From NCBI GenBank assembly GCA_012295275.1, contig CM022665.1, forward strand, positions 24,056,001-24,120,000: a stretch of DNA of 64,000 nt, in the 5' to 3' direction. The position numbers and the translations under genes are program-made. A model generated the notes under the pieces. It ran no database searches. It was not told where the DNA came from and saw nothing but the letters and a program-made list of their open reading frames with translations. Shown here piece after piece: positions 46,687 through 61,483 of this stretch. The DNA is from Chrysomallon squamiferum (taxonomy: Eukaryota; Animalia; Mollusca). Every line of letters starts with the position of its first letter. The first letter of the stretch is position 1.

Positions 46687-47735
46687 AATTGCCATTTCAT
46701 TTCTCCATTTTCTCACCAACGCTAAAAATAGGGCATTTGTTGTTGGTCCATAATTCGACTAGACACCATTGTTGAAAGGTGATACAAAGATACGATCAGC
46801 ATACAAAACAAACCAGAACCAAATGTCCAGTACATAGACATTTTCCTCAGCCGAATTTACCATTATTTTACACTCCTTTGTTTTCTGAGAATATTCACGT
46901 GCAGATCCAGCTGTACGTAAAAGTGGGGCTCCATTGTTGTGATGGAAATAACTTCCAACATGAAATACGTTTCATTATAAAGAGAGAAATAAGGTGTCGT
47001 TCTGAAGTTGAGAAGGCGCGCGCGCCCCATCTTAACTTTTGTCAGTCTTTTCACATTTTTCTTTTTTTTTTTTTTTTTCTTTTTCTTGTTTAGTTTTTTT
47101 TATTATTATTATTATTATTACTATTATTACTATTATTATTATTATTATTATTATTACTATTATTATGTTTTTTTTTGTCCTATTTGAATAAGCCATAAAG
47201 AAATTCATCTGGTTCATAGTAAAGAGTAATTTTTAAAAAATATAATAATGTCACCGCAGGAGACAAGCCATGAAAATACGAAAATCCAGAAACTGCCCGT
47301 ATCATATGGTACGCCTGGATGGACAGCACGTGTCAAAAGCGCGTGGCACTGACCAAAGACAACAACGTCTTGGTGAATGGTCAGCGTCTGTTCCTGACCC
47401 CTGTGTGTTTAGTGGCTGACCGCGGAATTCATCACAACGGGGAATGCGCAAAAAGAAATGTCATATTAAAAAAAAAGGAAATAACAAAGTCGACGTTTAT
47501 GGCTTCTCTATATTTGATGATGATGGTTAATTGCAATTTAACAAAAGTTACCAGACCAAGTATAATATTAATCCGTTTTCTGAACAATGAAAGTTGTCAG
47601 CTGGCTGTCTTTGTGCGTGTTTCTATTTATTTAGGAATTAATACTATGTTATCTTATGTACGTACGTCTGATTAGACTCTGCACATAGACAATATTCAGG
47701 TACTCATTGATATAAGTTGAATCATGATCTGTACC

Positions 47736-47771
47736 TGTGTGTGTGGTGTGGTGTGGTGTGGTGTGGTGTGT

Positions 47772-47844
<73 letters not shown>
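47736..47844. repeat. (GTGTG)n/(GT)n microsatellite
   Basis: Directly visible. Confidence 0.97.
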
Positions 47845-47845
<1 letters not shown>

Positions 47846-49042
47846 AATCACGAACCCTACAAACAGAAAAACTGACGGACGTGCGTTCGTAAAAACATCA
47901 TTAAATAACATACTCCTTTGTTCTTCGTTACTCAATATACCTGTACATTATTTGTGTTGAGATAAGCAGATGTTGTTGGGGTTTTCTTCCAGGAGCCGTT
48001 ACCTTGTTTATTCTTTGCAATTACTTACAACTCAGCTTACAGTTACACACGGCGAATATACACGTACGTTAACCATAACTATGCAAATAACTGAAAGAAG
48101 ATGTTGGGAATAAGATGTCAGTATACCGGCTTAGATGTAGAAAGTGACTAGACAAGTGTACAAATAATAAATGTTTTCAAGTCTGGACTGTATTCTTGTT
48201 TTGTTCTCAGATATCCAAAAGGTATTTTTTTTTTTTTTATCTTACTTTGTTTTGTTTGTGTTTCTCCAATTTTCTTTTTATCTTTTGGATCTAGTTTTAA
48301 AGTATTAAGTTTTCGTTTTAATATTATTTTGCTCTTCTGTTTATTTATTTATTTATTTATTATTATTATTGCTTCTACTATTATCATTATTATTATTATT
48401 ATTATTATTATCATTGTTTTTATTATTAATATTATTATTATATATGTACTTTTTTTACACACTGTTATTTAATTTTATGTTATGTTTGTTTAGATGGTTA
48501 TTAGTGTTTGTTTGACTATTTTATTTTATATTATTTTATATATAGTGTATATTTTTTTTAATTATTATTATTTTTTTTTATTAACGTAGCTTTTATCCCC
48601 TATGTGCACATTCTCTTCTTTTAGTTTTTGTCTCATAAATTAAAACACTAAAGTAAAGCGCCCCGCTAATTTGAAACTGGTTACAAGATTTAATATCTTT
48701 GTTCCTATTCCAACAGTACTTGTATCTTTGAGAGTGCACTTAAAACCTCTCCTATTTATCTGCGTAAGTTGTTTTCTTATCTTTTATTTTGAATATAATG
48801 TATAAAACAGAATGCTGATGCTAACGTGTTTTGTGTCATAGGTTAATGGATTTTTTTTTTTTTTTCACCGCACCTTTGTAAAACTTGCACATTTGTTACA
48901 TGTTTTCTCATGAAAGTTAAAGTTTAAAGTTAAGAGAGATTTTAGTTTCCAGACCCTGAGTCTCTTATATTTACGTCGTATACAAATACTACATGTAACA
49001 GTAATACCTAATATTTCAATCTCGGTATATCTGGCTCTAGTA

Positions 49043-49285
49043 ATACATACATACACACACACACACATATACATACATACATATATACATACATACATAC
49101 ATACATACATACACACACATACATACATACATACATACAGACATATACAGTCACACACATACACATATATACAAGCACACATACATATACAAATACATAC
49201 ACACTCATACATACATAAATACATACAGACATATACAGTCACACACATATACATATGCATATTCAGACACATGCATATTCACATA
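49043..49285. repeat. Degenerate (ATAC)n/(AC)n repeat
   Basis: Directly visible; internal duplicated unit acagacatatacagtcacacacata. Confidence 0.9.
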
Positions 49286-49815
49286 CGAACATAAAATGAA
49301 GTAATACAATAATAACAACAACAATAACAAATAATAATAACAACAACAGCAACATCAACAACAATAATAATAGCAACAAACTATATATATATATATATTG
49401 AAATGGGTTTCTTATTACAGCCTTTATTTCGTTTGACAAGGTCTGTAACTACCAGTTATTTTTAAATTAACCATAGACAGGGCATGAAACACATTCGTAT
49501 GTGAATTTTTTTTTTTTTCAGATATGTGATACCAAACAGTATTTAAAAACTGACGATTTGTTTTGACAGCTTTGTCAGAAATGTTCATTCCTCTGATATA
49601 AGTGTTTTATTGCACTGACATCATGTCAAAAATGTTGTGCTCGGTATGTATATTATTTATGTGAAACCAGTTATATAACACCGTTATCTGAACGTGTACA
49701 TCGTTGTACGTATGAACACATTCACGTGTACTTTACTGTTTGCTAGTTATCTTTGATTTTCTTCATATTTTCTTGGCTGTTCAAAGTGTTTGAATGTCGA
49801 AATAGATTTCTCTCA

Positions 49816-49850
<35 letters not shown>

Positions 49851-50013
49851 GAAGGATAAGTTTCTATATATATATATATAAAAAAAAATAATAATGTATG
49901 TTAAAACTTGTTCTTTTTATATTGTATCTGGAAGTTATAATAGACGATTTGTTTTTATAGATTTAATTTTTGAACAACAATAACCAAAAATAATTAAAAT
50001 AATAATAATAATA

Positions 50014-50065
<52 letters not shown>

Positions 50066-50465
50066 CATAATCATAATTTTATAAATTTTTGACTGACTTT
50101 CAGTGGTATCTTTCTTATTTTGGAGGGTTTGTTTATCGTGTCATCGAAGGAAAAAATTCAAATAATATAAGAATTATTCCGTTTATCTAAATTTATCTTC
50201 ATAATACTGTTACAATCGCTAAATTATAATTGTTATCATTTAAACGAATTACATATTTCTAATCAAAAAAGCCCGGCGCGAAGTGTATTATCTACAGATA
50301 TATTTACAAAAAAAAAAAAAAAAAAAAAACCACATTAATCAAAACTACATTATTACGTTGATAATGTTAAGATTTCGAAAAGTCTGTGAATTCTTTCAGT
50401 TTCCAGTAATCAAAACCGGAATTTATGACTCCTTCCCACTCTTTCTTCTCCCCCCTCGCCCTACC

Positions 50466-50468
<3 letters not shown>

Positions 50469-50559
<91 letters not shown>

Positions 50560-50574
50560 TCTCTCTCTCTCTCT
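50469..50574. repeat. (CT)n microsatellite
   Basis: Near-pure CT run. Confidence 0.98.
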
Positions 50575-51383
50575 TTTTATCTTTCAAAGAAGATTGTTTA
50601 TAAAGAGCGTAATTTTTAAATGGGAGTATTGTTTTTATCTTATAAATGTTGGAGATCACAGAAGTCAGGCATATATTTTAACTCTGTGTACAATCTTTAG
50701 GCATTAAAAGACATTAAGAGGAACAAAGCCAGCTACTTTTCTCCTCGCCTAACTGGCGCACATACATATACACATAACCCATCTTACACCAGCCTCTGTA
50801 GAAAGAGACGGGAGAAAAAAAAAGAGAAAAAAACCCCCAACTTTTCTGACTTTCTTAAACAAATAAATTATTGCTCAAGACAAATCCGTCCGCACGGATA
50901 ATTCTGGAACATGAAAGATCTGTTTTTACGAATGGACTTCACTTGTAATATCAGATTTGATGGCGCTTTGCTTGGAAGTCTGTCGGAAACGTAAACGAAA
51001 GCTAGGGAGAAAAAATAAGCGAATTGGTGTAGAGACAGGAAGCTTTTGGTAGTTAAAAGGTGAATCTGGCTTGTTCCGTAAGCCAAGAAACAGATGTGCG
51101 GGTCACCAGACATCTCGTAATTCTTCGACTAAACTGCACTGATGCATTCACCTGCGATTAGGAAAATAATCTTCAAGGAGCACGCTCTGTTCAAAACTCA
51201 ATCTAGTCCGCTGAATGCTTTTTGAGCTTTTTTCTATTTTCTCATAAACTACCGCAATCCATGGCGCTATCTGACATATCATAACAAACTTAACATCATT
51301 ATTCTTGTAAGGATGAAAGAGTGAAAAAAAGAAATAAATACTAATAGTTTAAGAAAGAAAGAAAAACACAAGATGAATTGATG

Positions 51384-51414
<31 letters not shown>

Positions 51415-51846
51415 CGGATTTTAAAATAGCTGAAGTTGGAACATAACTAGCAACATCAAGTTCAATTTATTAAAAGCTGTATCGTATTTAAGAATTTTAC
51501 ATGGGGAGTAGCTTTAGTTATGAAATGTCAGAAGCAGTTTCATATTTTTCTACAGACACGTCAGAAAACGTATATTCTGCTTCCATTTTTCCTTGTCTGA
51601 GGGAGGGAATGGGTTGTTTTGAGATGTTTCAGTCTTAATTAAATTTTTGAGCTGAGTTTCATTAATTTTGTTAATTTGTTTGTTTTGTTATTGGATTTTT
51701 TTTTTTTTTTTTTTTTTTTTTGTTATTGCAGAGAAGTAACGTTAGGCAGGATGAATGTCAGTTAAGTATAAATAGGATATATAGATTTAATGAAGACTAT
51801 TTCTCGATTTTTTTTCTTAAATTACTGTTGTTGTTGGTGGTGGTCT

Positions 51847-51882
<36 letters not shown>

Positions 51883-54005
51883 CTTCTTCTTCTTCTTCTT
51901 CTTCTTATTATTATTATTATTATTGATAAACTGATGATCGATAGACATCAAACATACAAAACACACCCTCTTGTTAAAAGCGAGGGTTATTGTAATTTCC
52001 TCTAATTATTTTCTCTAATTAATCAATGAACCATTTTCTTGTGTATCAAGCCGCGATTACCACGAACCTGTTTAACTGACTATTATAAAGAAATAACAAA
52101 AGAAATTTACAATAAAGAACTGAAAATTCTTGTTTTCCTCCAACGTTGTGTGGAGGAGGAGGTCTTCGTATTTCTCTGCTTCGCTGCTTCGTTATTTCTT
52201 TATTTTATTTATTTATTTATATATATTTTTTTTTTGGTTGTTGTTTTTTTTGTGTTTTTTTTCCTTCGTGAAAATTCCAGCAGGTTCGGCCTGGTCGAAA
52301 AACAAACATTTCTATTTAAAAAAGTCAGTAGACAAACGGCCACCTGGTCTTGGTAACATCCACAGCGACTGGCTGGTGCCAGATGAGACGATTACACGCT
52401 CACAGACACTCACGAACGCATTGAAACTAACCGATCGTGATGGAAACCAACTGGATGATACTCATCTTCCAGTATCACTTCAGTGTCGGCTTCCTTCGTT
52501 TTAATAAGACCTGCCCGCTGGCCTTAAGCCCCGAGATGATTCGATTTTCAAATGAAAGACGTTGAAGACTTACTGCCCTGATTTATCTGAGGTGTCTGAA
52601 ACAATACTGCTCTAATGCTCCTGCAAACATATCGACTATTTATCTTAAGTTGGATCCACAGCGTCGGCTCTTTCTGATTTCGGATACTAAATATTGAACA
52701 TGCGTATGTCCGGAAGAACTTTTAATTAAAAGAATACGCCACAGCTGAACATGGACTGTTGGAGAAATGAGAAATTTGTAGGCGCGGAGTCAATAGCAGC
52801 GCAATTTTATAATTGTATTACGTTTCTTTATTTGTTTCGTTCGTTCGTTGATTCTTTTTTTTTTTTTTTTGTTCCCCCTCACCTCGCTGGGACATTTATT
52901 GTTCCGTTCTTTTGTAACTGAGGATATTAATTTATGAGCTAAATTAATTAGCTTGGCGTTTACAGTTCATTGAAGCAATACATTACTTTTTAATAACTTT
53001 AAAATTTTTAAATTTTTATTGTTTATATATATATATATATATATATTTCTGTGTGTGGATATTATTTAGTAAAAAAATGAATTGATGTTTAAAACAATTT
53101 TACTGAACTTAAATGATATTTAAAAATTTACAATATATTTTTAAAAGTTGAGTATGAAATATAAACTGTCATAAGTTTTGTCAATAAACAACAACAAAAA
53201 AACCCCGCTGGTCCTGTATGTTTTTTTATTACTATTATTTTATTTTCATAGGATTATACATATTTAATATGTATATTTATGAATTACAAACTACACGTAA
53301 AATACGTTAAGTAGGGATTTTAATGTGTGGCTAATGATAATGGCGATCATTACATTTACTATTAATAGTATTATAATCAGCATTAACAACAACAACAACA
53401 GTGACTACTACTGCTACTACTACCATTAAAAGTAGTAGTTTTAACAGCATCGCCATCAATCGCTAAAGCTGATCTTGCTAATCGTATTATATAACTTTTA
53501 TTCATTTATTTTAATTAAATCATTCCTATTTTAGTCATTTAAATTTTAATCTGCGGCAGTTTTTGAAAATTATTATACAAAAGTCTTTCAAGATTAGAAT
53601 AATAAAATTCATTTAAGTCGAGAAAGTATGAAACGCCTCTCCAATTCATTTGCAATCGCAATGTTTTTCGATTACACGCCAATGAACAAAACCCGAATTC
53701 AAATATATTCAGATTTGTCAAGAAAGGGAAAAAAAAGAAAAAGAAAAAAACAAAATGATGTGCATAATAAGTCTTCCAAGTGTCAATTAAAGTTACATTA
53801 ATTTGCTGAAAGAGAAAAGAAAATGCCTTAAATCAACATGGCGATAAGTCGACGACATCAGCGGGCCAAGAAAGCCACGCACAATGGAACGCTGCCAAAA
53901 TGGAATAGGGAATTTCCCAGGAGTGAAATGTAACAATAACGTAATTACAAATTGTATTGAACATGAATCCTGTCAATTTCCACATTGGCCTGATAGAGCT
54001 TCGGG

Positions 54006-54041
<36 letters not shown>

Positions 54042-54385
54042 AGAAGAAGAAAAAGAAAAAAATTAGGAGACGAAGAAACAAAAAAATTAAAAAAAGAACG
54101 GAGAAAAAAGTTAAACCCCCAATGTTACATGCTCTTTGAAAGCGAGCATCTCCTCTTATCTGTTTTCGATTCCAAAGCAATAAATATTTAGAGAAAAAAA
54201 CAAAAAAAACCCCACCTTTTTATAGCGATTTACGACATCGAAATTTCCAATCTTAAGATAATAAATTTCATTTATGTATATATTTAAAAAAAAAAAAAAA
54301 AATAAAATAAAAATATAAATACTAACCAGAGTAAAGATATTAGTTTGATAATCAAAAAATTAATATCATGAATTTTGTTGTTGCA

Positions 54386-54487
<102 letters not shown>

Positions 54488-55730
54488 ACTTTTTATTAAA
54501 AGTTACTAAACTGCTTTCAAAATATTCTGTTATTTCGGGGTTTAAATCCTTTTTTTTATTCCTCGAGTCAATATGGTTGTATAAAAGTACAGTTGTGTAT
54601 GCGGATGAAGCCCAGCCCTTGTTTCTGGAAAGGTAAAAACTCTTACATTCAAAATGCACTGTTCACATCTCGAAATTCTAGTCATTCTTAAGCACATCCG
54701 AATACTTATCTTGCAATAGGATACAAAGTTTCTACAGGAATTCAGGAAAACAGAAACGTATATGAAAAGTCTTTTTGCAACAAAACTGCAGGCTCAGAAT
54801 AGTCGACTCCAGTTTCAAAGACATGGTAAATAAAAGCATGCATAGATTCCATCCTTCTAGATGAAAAATTCATGCTTTTAAAATAATAACCTTCTGTTCC
54901 TACGTGTATTTTTCTTTAAACATTTGCAAAAGCACTCGGGAATTGCAGAAGAACTAAACAAAAAAAAAAAAAAAAAATAAAAAAAAAAAAGAAAAATAGA
55001 AGAGAAAATTGCAGAAAGCGTTTTAGCAAATTCTTTTTGAACCACTGTATCAGTCGCTGGGTTTCTTTAAGAACAGCGAATAAAGCTTTGCACACTGGAA
55101 TAGAAACTGAAGTAACAACTTTCTCAATGTGCTTCTTTTTTCGTTTCGCTTTCGTTTCTTTTTCACTTTACATCATTTTTCTTTTTTATTTCCTTTTTAC
55201 TGTTTACGTTTCCGTTTTTCTTTTTTCTCTTCATATATCTTCTCTTATTTTTCTCTCTCTCTTTACTTTTCTTTTTTTTTTTTTTTTTTTTTTTTTTTTC
55301 TTTCTCTTTCTCTCACTTTTTTTTATTCTAAGTAATCTTGTCAGTTAAAAAACCTAAAATAAACTATCTAGTTACTGAGAGAACAGTAGATTAAGTTCTG
55401 AGGTTTCTTACTGCAGACAGCTGTTTGGTTAGTAACTCTCAGAATTGGTGATATCCACTAAGTAAGTAATTTATTTATTTTTATTTTATTTTTTTTCCCC
55501 CCACCGGTGTACATCTTCTTTCAACATTAATTATAGATAACGTGTTTACGTCACAGAGCGTTTGTAGAAAATTTCTTTTTTTTTTCTTCTTTTTTTTTTT
55601 CACTTTTTCAGAAATAAATTACTAGAAAAAAAAAAGAAAAAAAGTTGATTAAGTCCTAATATGAAAATGTTTGTCTGGATGAAAAGTTTAATTAAAATAT
55701 CTTTCAAGAGCTTGGTGTCTGTTTTTTAAA

Positions 55731-56012
<282 letters not shown>

Positions 56013-56409
56013 CTATATGAATATGGATATCTGGTCATACAATTTCTACAGGGATCACAGTTTGGCTTAAAATTCTTTCCTTCGTTCTTTATTTGGATAA
56101 ATGTAAGAAAAGTAACTGGTAAAGGTATACTTCATATCGTGCATGAAATTACTATTATCTTAAGGATACAGTAAATAGCATGTGAACTGTGTGACACTGG
56201 ATGAATAAAATAACTGAAGAAAACCATTCTGTAAATCCGTATGATGGATTGCAAAACATTACACCGATCATTTTCATCAAAACATATTTTAAGTCTCATC
56301 GTAAAGCATCAATCCATCATCATTTCTGCAGCCTGCTGTAGTAAACATTCAATCAAAAATCGGCACTACTTTCTCTAGCACAGCCTAACACAACTCAGTT
56401 TAGGTACTG

Positions 56410-56411
<2 letters not shown>

Positions 56412-56506
<95 letters not shown>

Positions 56507-56520
56507 GTCTGTCTGTCTGT
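56412..56520. repeat. (CT)n-(CTGT)n microsatellite
   Basis: Directly visible. Confidence 0.97.
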
Positions 56521-57302
56521 ATCTCTCTCTCTATGTATGTATGTATGTTTGTGTGTGTATCCCTGTATGTGTGTGTTTTGCGTGTAAAAAAAATAAATTT
56601 CCACCTTCAGTTCATGATTATGACAAATTACTCAATGGACACTTCACGCACATGAACCCGACAACTATTATTCGGTCCTCGTTACCTTCCATCTATTTAA
56701 AATAGAATAACAGATGTTAAGAAGTCATTAAACAGTCGAGATGCATTTTCTATTAACAAACATTCCCTCCATGCCATTGTCTTACAGCTAGGCTTACAAA
56801 CTAATCGTGGGTAATCCTTTCGTATAAAAACATTTTATTATTTATTCTAAACACACTGCTGGCAATCTTCCACACTTTACTCAATTGTCCTGGATTATCC
56901 CCTAAAGATTCATCCTTCAAAATGTTTTCTACATTTTATTTTCAGAAGCATTATCTTACTGTGAAAGCGTAGAGATAATTTGTTTAACTTAATGGAAAAT
57001 AACAGGAATTCTTTAAGTGAAATCTGTCATGTATTATTAAAGTATAAATGATAATGATACAGGCTCTACTAAGTAAATAATATACGTATCGAATGCATAA
57101 AGTCTAATTTGCATTAAGAACGTGTTAAAATGATCTGATTCGTTTTTCATCGTTGTTTTTATTGCATAACAAGCGATTAGCTGTACCAAACTAATCCTTT
57201 ATTTGTGTAGTTCTGTTAGTTAACATTTTCCAAATTAATGGGATCATGTAGTAATGCATTATCCCACACAGAAAAATAATAAAACTCGGCAGCCATGACA
57301 CT

Positions 57303-58156
<854 letters not shown>

Positions 58157-58417
58157 GATCAATCCATCTGAGCCAGCCTTTTGGATAATTTTTTTCCCAT
58201 TCCAAAAGCAAGAACATTATTTTAAATAATAAACTCTCTAATTATGTTTGAGACTAATAATTAGCTGTTAATTACAAAAAAGTATTGAGGTATGGTTAAA
58301 CAAACATTCATTAATTCGTTTCTGAGTGAGAGCATTTCAGGTTTGTTTGGTTTTAAGATCTGATTACGTTATACAAAAGAACGAAGTTACTGTTTCCAAG
58401 GAAACCTTCATATTTTG

Positions 58418-58473
<56 letters not shown>

Positions 58474-58939
58474 GTAATAATAATTCTAATATCATAAAAT
58501 ATATGAAATGCCATTTAGCACAGTCATTTAACACTAGACATCAGCCTCTAAATTTGGATGACATCCATAATCAATGTTAAATGAGATGTAAGACCAAATT
58601 ATATTCTCAAATTATCACAGGCAGCCAACCACTGTAAGAATGTAAGTGAAGAATATAGACAAAGGGAATGTCTAGAAAGTTTTAGCTTATTATTTAACTT
58701 TTCAGCTGTCTCGAATATTATCCATTGTATATGATTCAGCATTGCTTGCTATTATTATTATTATTAATAGTAGTAGTGGTAGTAGTAGTAGTAGTAGCAG
58801 TAGTTGTAGTAGTATTCGAATATATGTTAGCAGAAAGAGAACATCTTTTACCACAGTACCGTTGTTCAAACGACACTACTACTTCATTGCAGGAATTACT
58901 GAACGAACACACGAACAAACGAACGAATTAATTAATGAA

Positions 58940-59244
58940 GAAATAAATAAATATTTAACAATTTTCAACGTATTTTAGTATTAATGAGATTTTTACGTGT
59001 CAGTAATGTTTTATTATAAATTATGATATGAGAGAATGAAACTCGTTCTCGCCCTTCTTTGAAAAAACTATTCTCTGTTAGCAACAAGATATCTGATATA
59101 TATATACCTTCCCAGGCATCAAAAGCACATACCAGTGAATCACAGGATCGTTAATGGTTGTGGCAACATATAGCCCTGACAAGGACCGAACCTGTCATCT
59201 ATCATCCCTAAAGCGTTGGCACTAAACAGTTAGCTGTGAGCCAC
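58940..59244 (-). mobile_element. Decayed SINE copy (same family as 17122-17767)
   Basis: ttagcaacaagatatctgatata...ccttcccagg...agcacatacca reads as the reverse complement of the central SINE domain; tRNA-like head near 59180-59244. Confidence 0.45.
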
Positions 59245-59274
59245 ACGCAAAACACACCTCCACAGCAACCCTTC

Positions 59275-59475
59275 TTTAGTTTAAGTGCTAAAATACCTTT
59301 ATTGTTGTGACGGTTAAAATATGAAACCCGCTGACGTTTTTATACAGGCTGAGCTTATTGATTGTGTATGCAAGTTAATGTTATTATTCACTTTCCTGCA
59401 AACGGGAAATCACATACTATGACCATTGATACATCAGAAGCGGAGCACTGCGTGGAACGGGAAGTAACACAGAGG
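59275..59475 (-). mobile_element. Second decayed SINE copy
   Basis: gaaacccgctg...cacatactatgaccattgatacatcagaagcggagcactgcgtggaacggga is similar to the adjacent copy. Confidence 0.45.
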
Positions 59476-61452
59476 ACTTAAACTGCACGACCTTACCAAC
59501 AATCTTTGCTATCATTGGAAATCTATAACAATCTTTATTAAATACCACGAAGTTTCTTTAATCCTGGAAAATTTCAGTCAGTTTATTTTCTTTTTATTTT
59601 CGTTTTTCTTCATTTTTTTTCTTTTTCTTTTTTTTGTTCTTTTTTTTTTTTTCTAACTCTTTTCACTTCCTGTAAACCTGTATGCATTTTTTCCCTTCAT
59701 TTCACTTAATTGAGATAATAGGCAAAATATTATGCGTGCGTCATTCTTTAACAGCAGGCCACAGTCATACATCATTTTTGCTCTATGAAAATAAATACTC
59801 CACGGTTGTCAATTATAAGGTGGTTTTTTTTTTTTTTTTTTTTTTCTCTTTCAACTTATTCAGGAAAGAAAACAACCTACGCCATACGTTTAGTAACTGC
59901 AATCCCCATTAGTGTGCTTCTTACCTTTTGCAGTTTCAGATGTTTTTACATTGCAAGTTGGCTTTTGCCGCTTCGATGATCTATCGCCCGCTTGTGTTCT
60001 CGTAAATTTCTCCTTCTTACGAGGCAGACCGACTTTTTGCACACAAGTGATTCTAAACAAACTGTGCTTCAAAGCTTTTACAACCAACTGCAGCCATTCG
60101 TTAGAGATGGTTCAAAATTGCTTACAGAAGAAGTACCAGTCAGTAGAAATACTTCTTTGTCAGAAGAAGACAAGAACCCACTCAGACCCTCTCAGACTAC
60201 AGTTATTGGTAGTGTGTAGTTTCACCGAGAGAGATAGGTATTGGTACTTATCACATCACAAGAGTAACGGTGCTGGACATGTACAAGTTAATTACGAAGT
60301 AATAGTTTATGATTATCTCTCTCAGATATTTCAAAGTATTCGCGCAAACATGTACAGTCGTAAAGTCCGAGGGAATCCCATATCACTTGATCTTTCACTT
60401 TCATTCTCAAACTCGGTTCGTTTTATAGCGTCGTGTTATGATTATTTACATTAGCGAAATAGTGCATGTGCTAGCTAAAAGAAAAGAAGGAAGGAAAAAA
60501 GAAAAACATTGGAAATATCAAAAGTAGTTTTGCTTTATAGAACTGTCGATATATGAAAAAAAGACTTTTTTTTTTGTTTGTTTTTGTTTTCATGTTGTTT
60601 TCTCCTTTTTTTCTATTTGCTTTTGTTTTGTATGTGTGTGTGTGTGTGTGTGTTGGTGTGTGTGTGTGTGTAAAACGAATTGTAAACAAAAAATATATGA
60701 AACGGTGATTCCATAAATAAAATTCAAAACTATATTAAACTTCAATACAAGATAAAATATATATATATATATAAGTGTAATTTATGTCAGTTGAATAATA
60801 TTTAATTTATTTTTAAACACTGAATATAGAAAACTTGTAAAATACATTACTGACAGTCGGATGACTGGTTTAAAACCTGCATCAAACAATAAAACAGTTT
60901 AAATTACAACTGAATTATTTAGTTAGTTTGGTTACAGCTGCCTTAATCATTTAATGGATTTATTTATCGATATCCGAAAAGAAATAATTATTGATCCCAA
61001 TGTAAAAGCGCAAACTGGCCCGAGCAGTAAGAATCTTAACCGATTATATCGCATTAATAATCGATTTTTAAAGACTGATTATCGATATCTACTTATTTCG
61101 AAGCTATGACCTGCGCAAAGAATCTGTAGTTAACAAATTATTATGAAGTGTTTGAATATCGATAATTACGTCTGGACAAAGTATCCATTTCTGCCGTTAA
61201 TTTTAACCAATTTACCTTCGTCTAACTTCAAAGTTGTATCAATGGTTTCGGAAATCGAATCAATTTATACTGCTAGGGAAGGAAATTGATATGACTATAT
61301 TCGCAGAAGCGAGAGCCGTGTAAAAGAGGAAGTACAAAGATACAGTGCATCCTCGGTCTTCAAGAGATGAAAGCAAATCCATCAAGGCCAAAGTTTAGTA
61401 GTTTTTCATCATGTGGAGAAATCCCACTAAACAAAACAACAACAATATGTAG

Positions 61453-61483
<31 letters not shown>

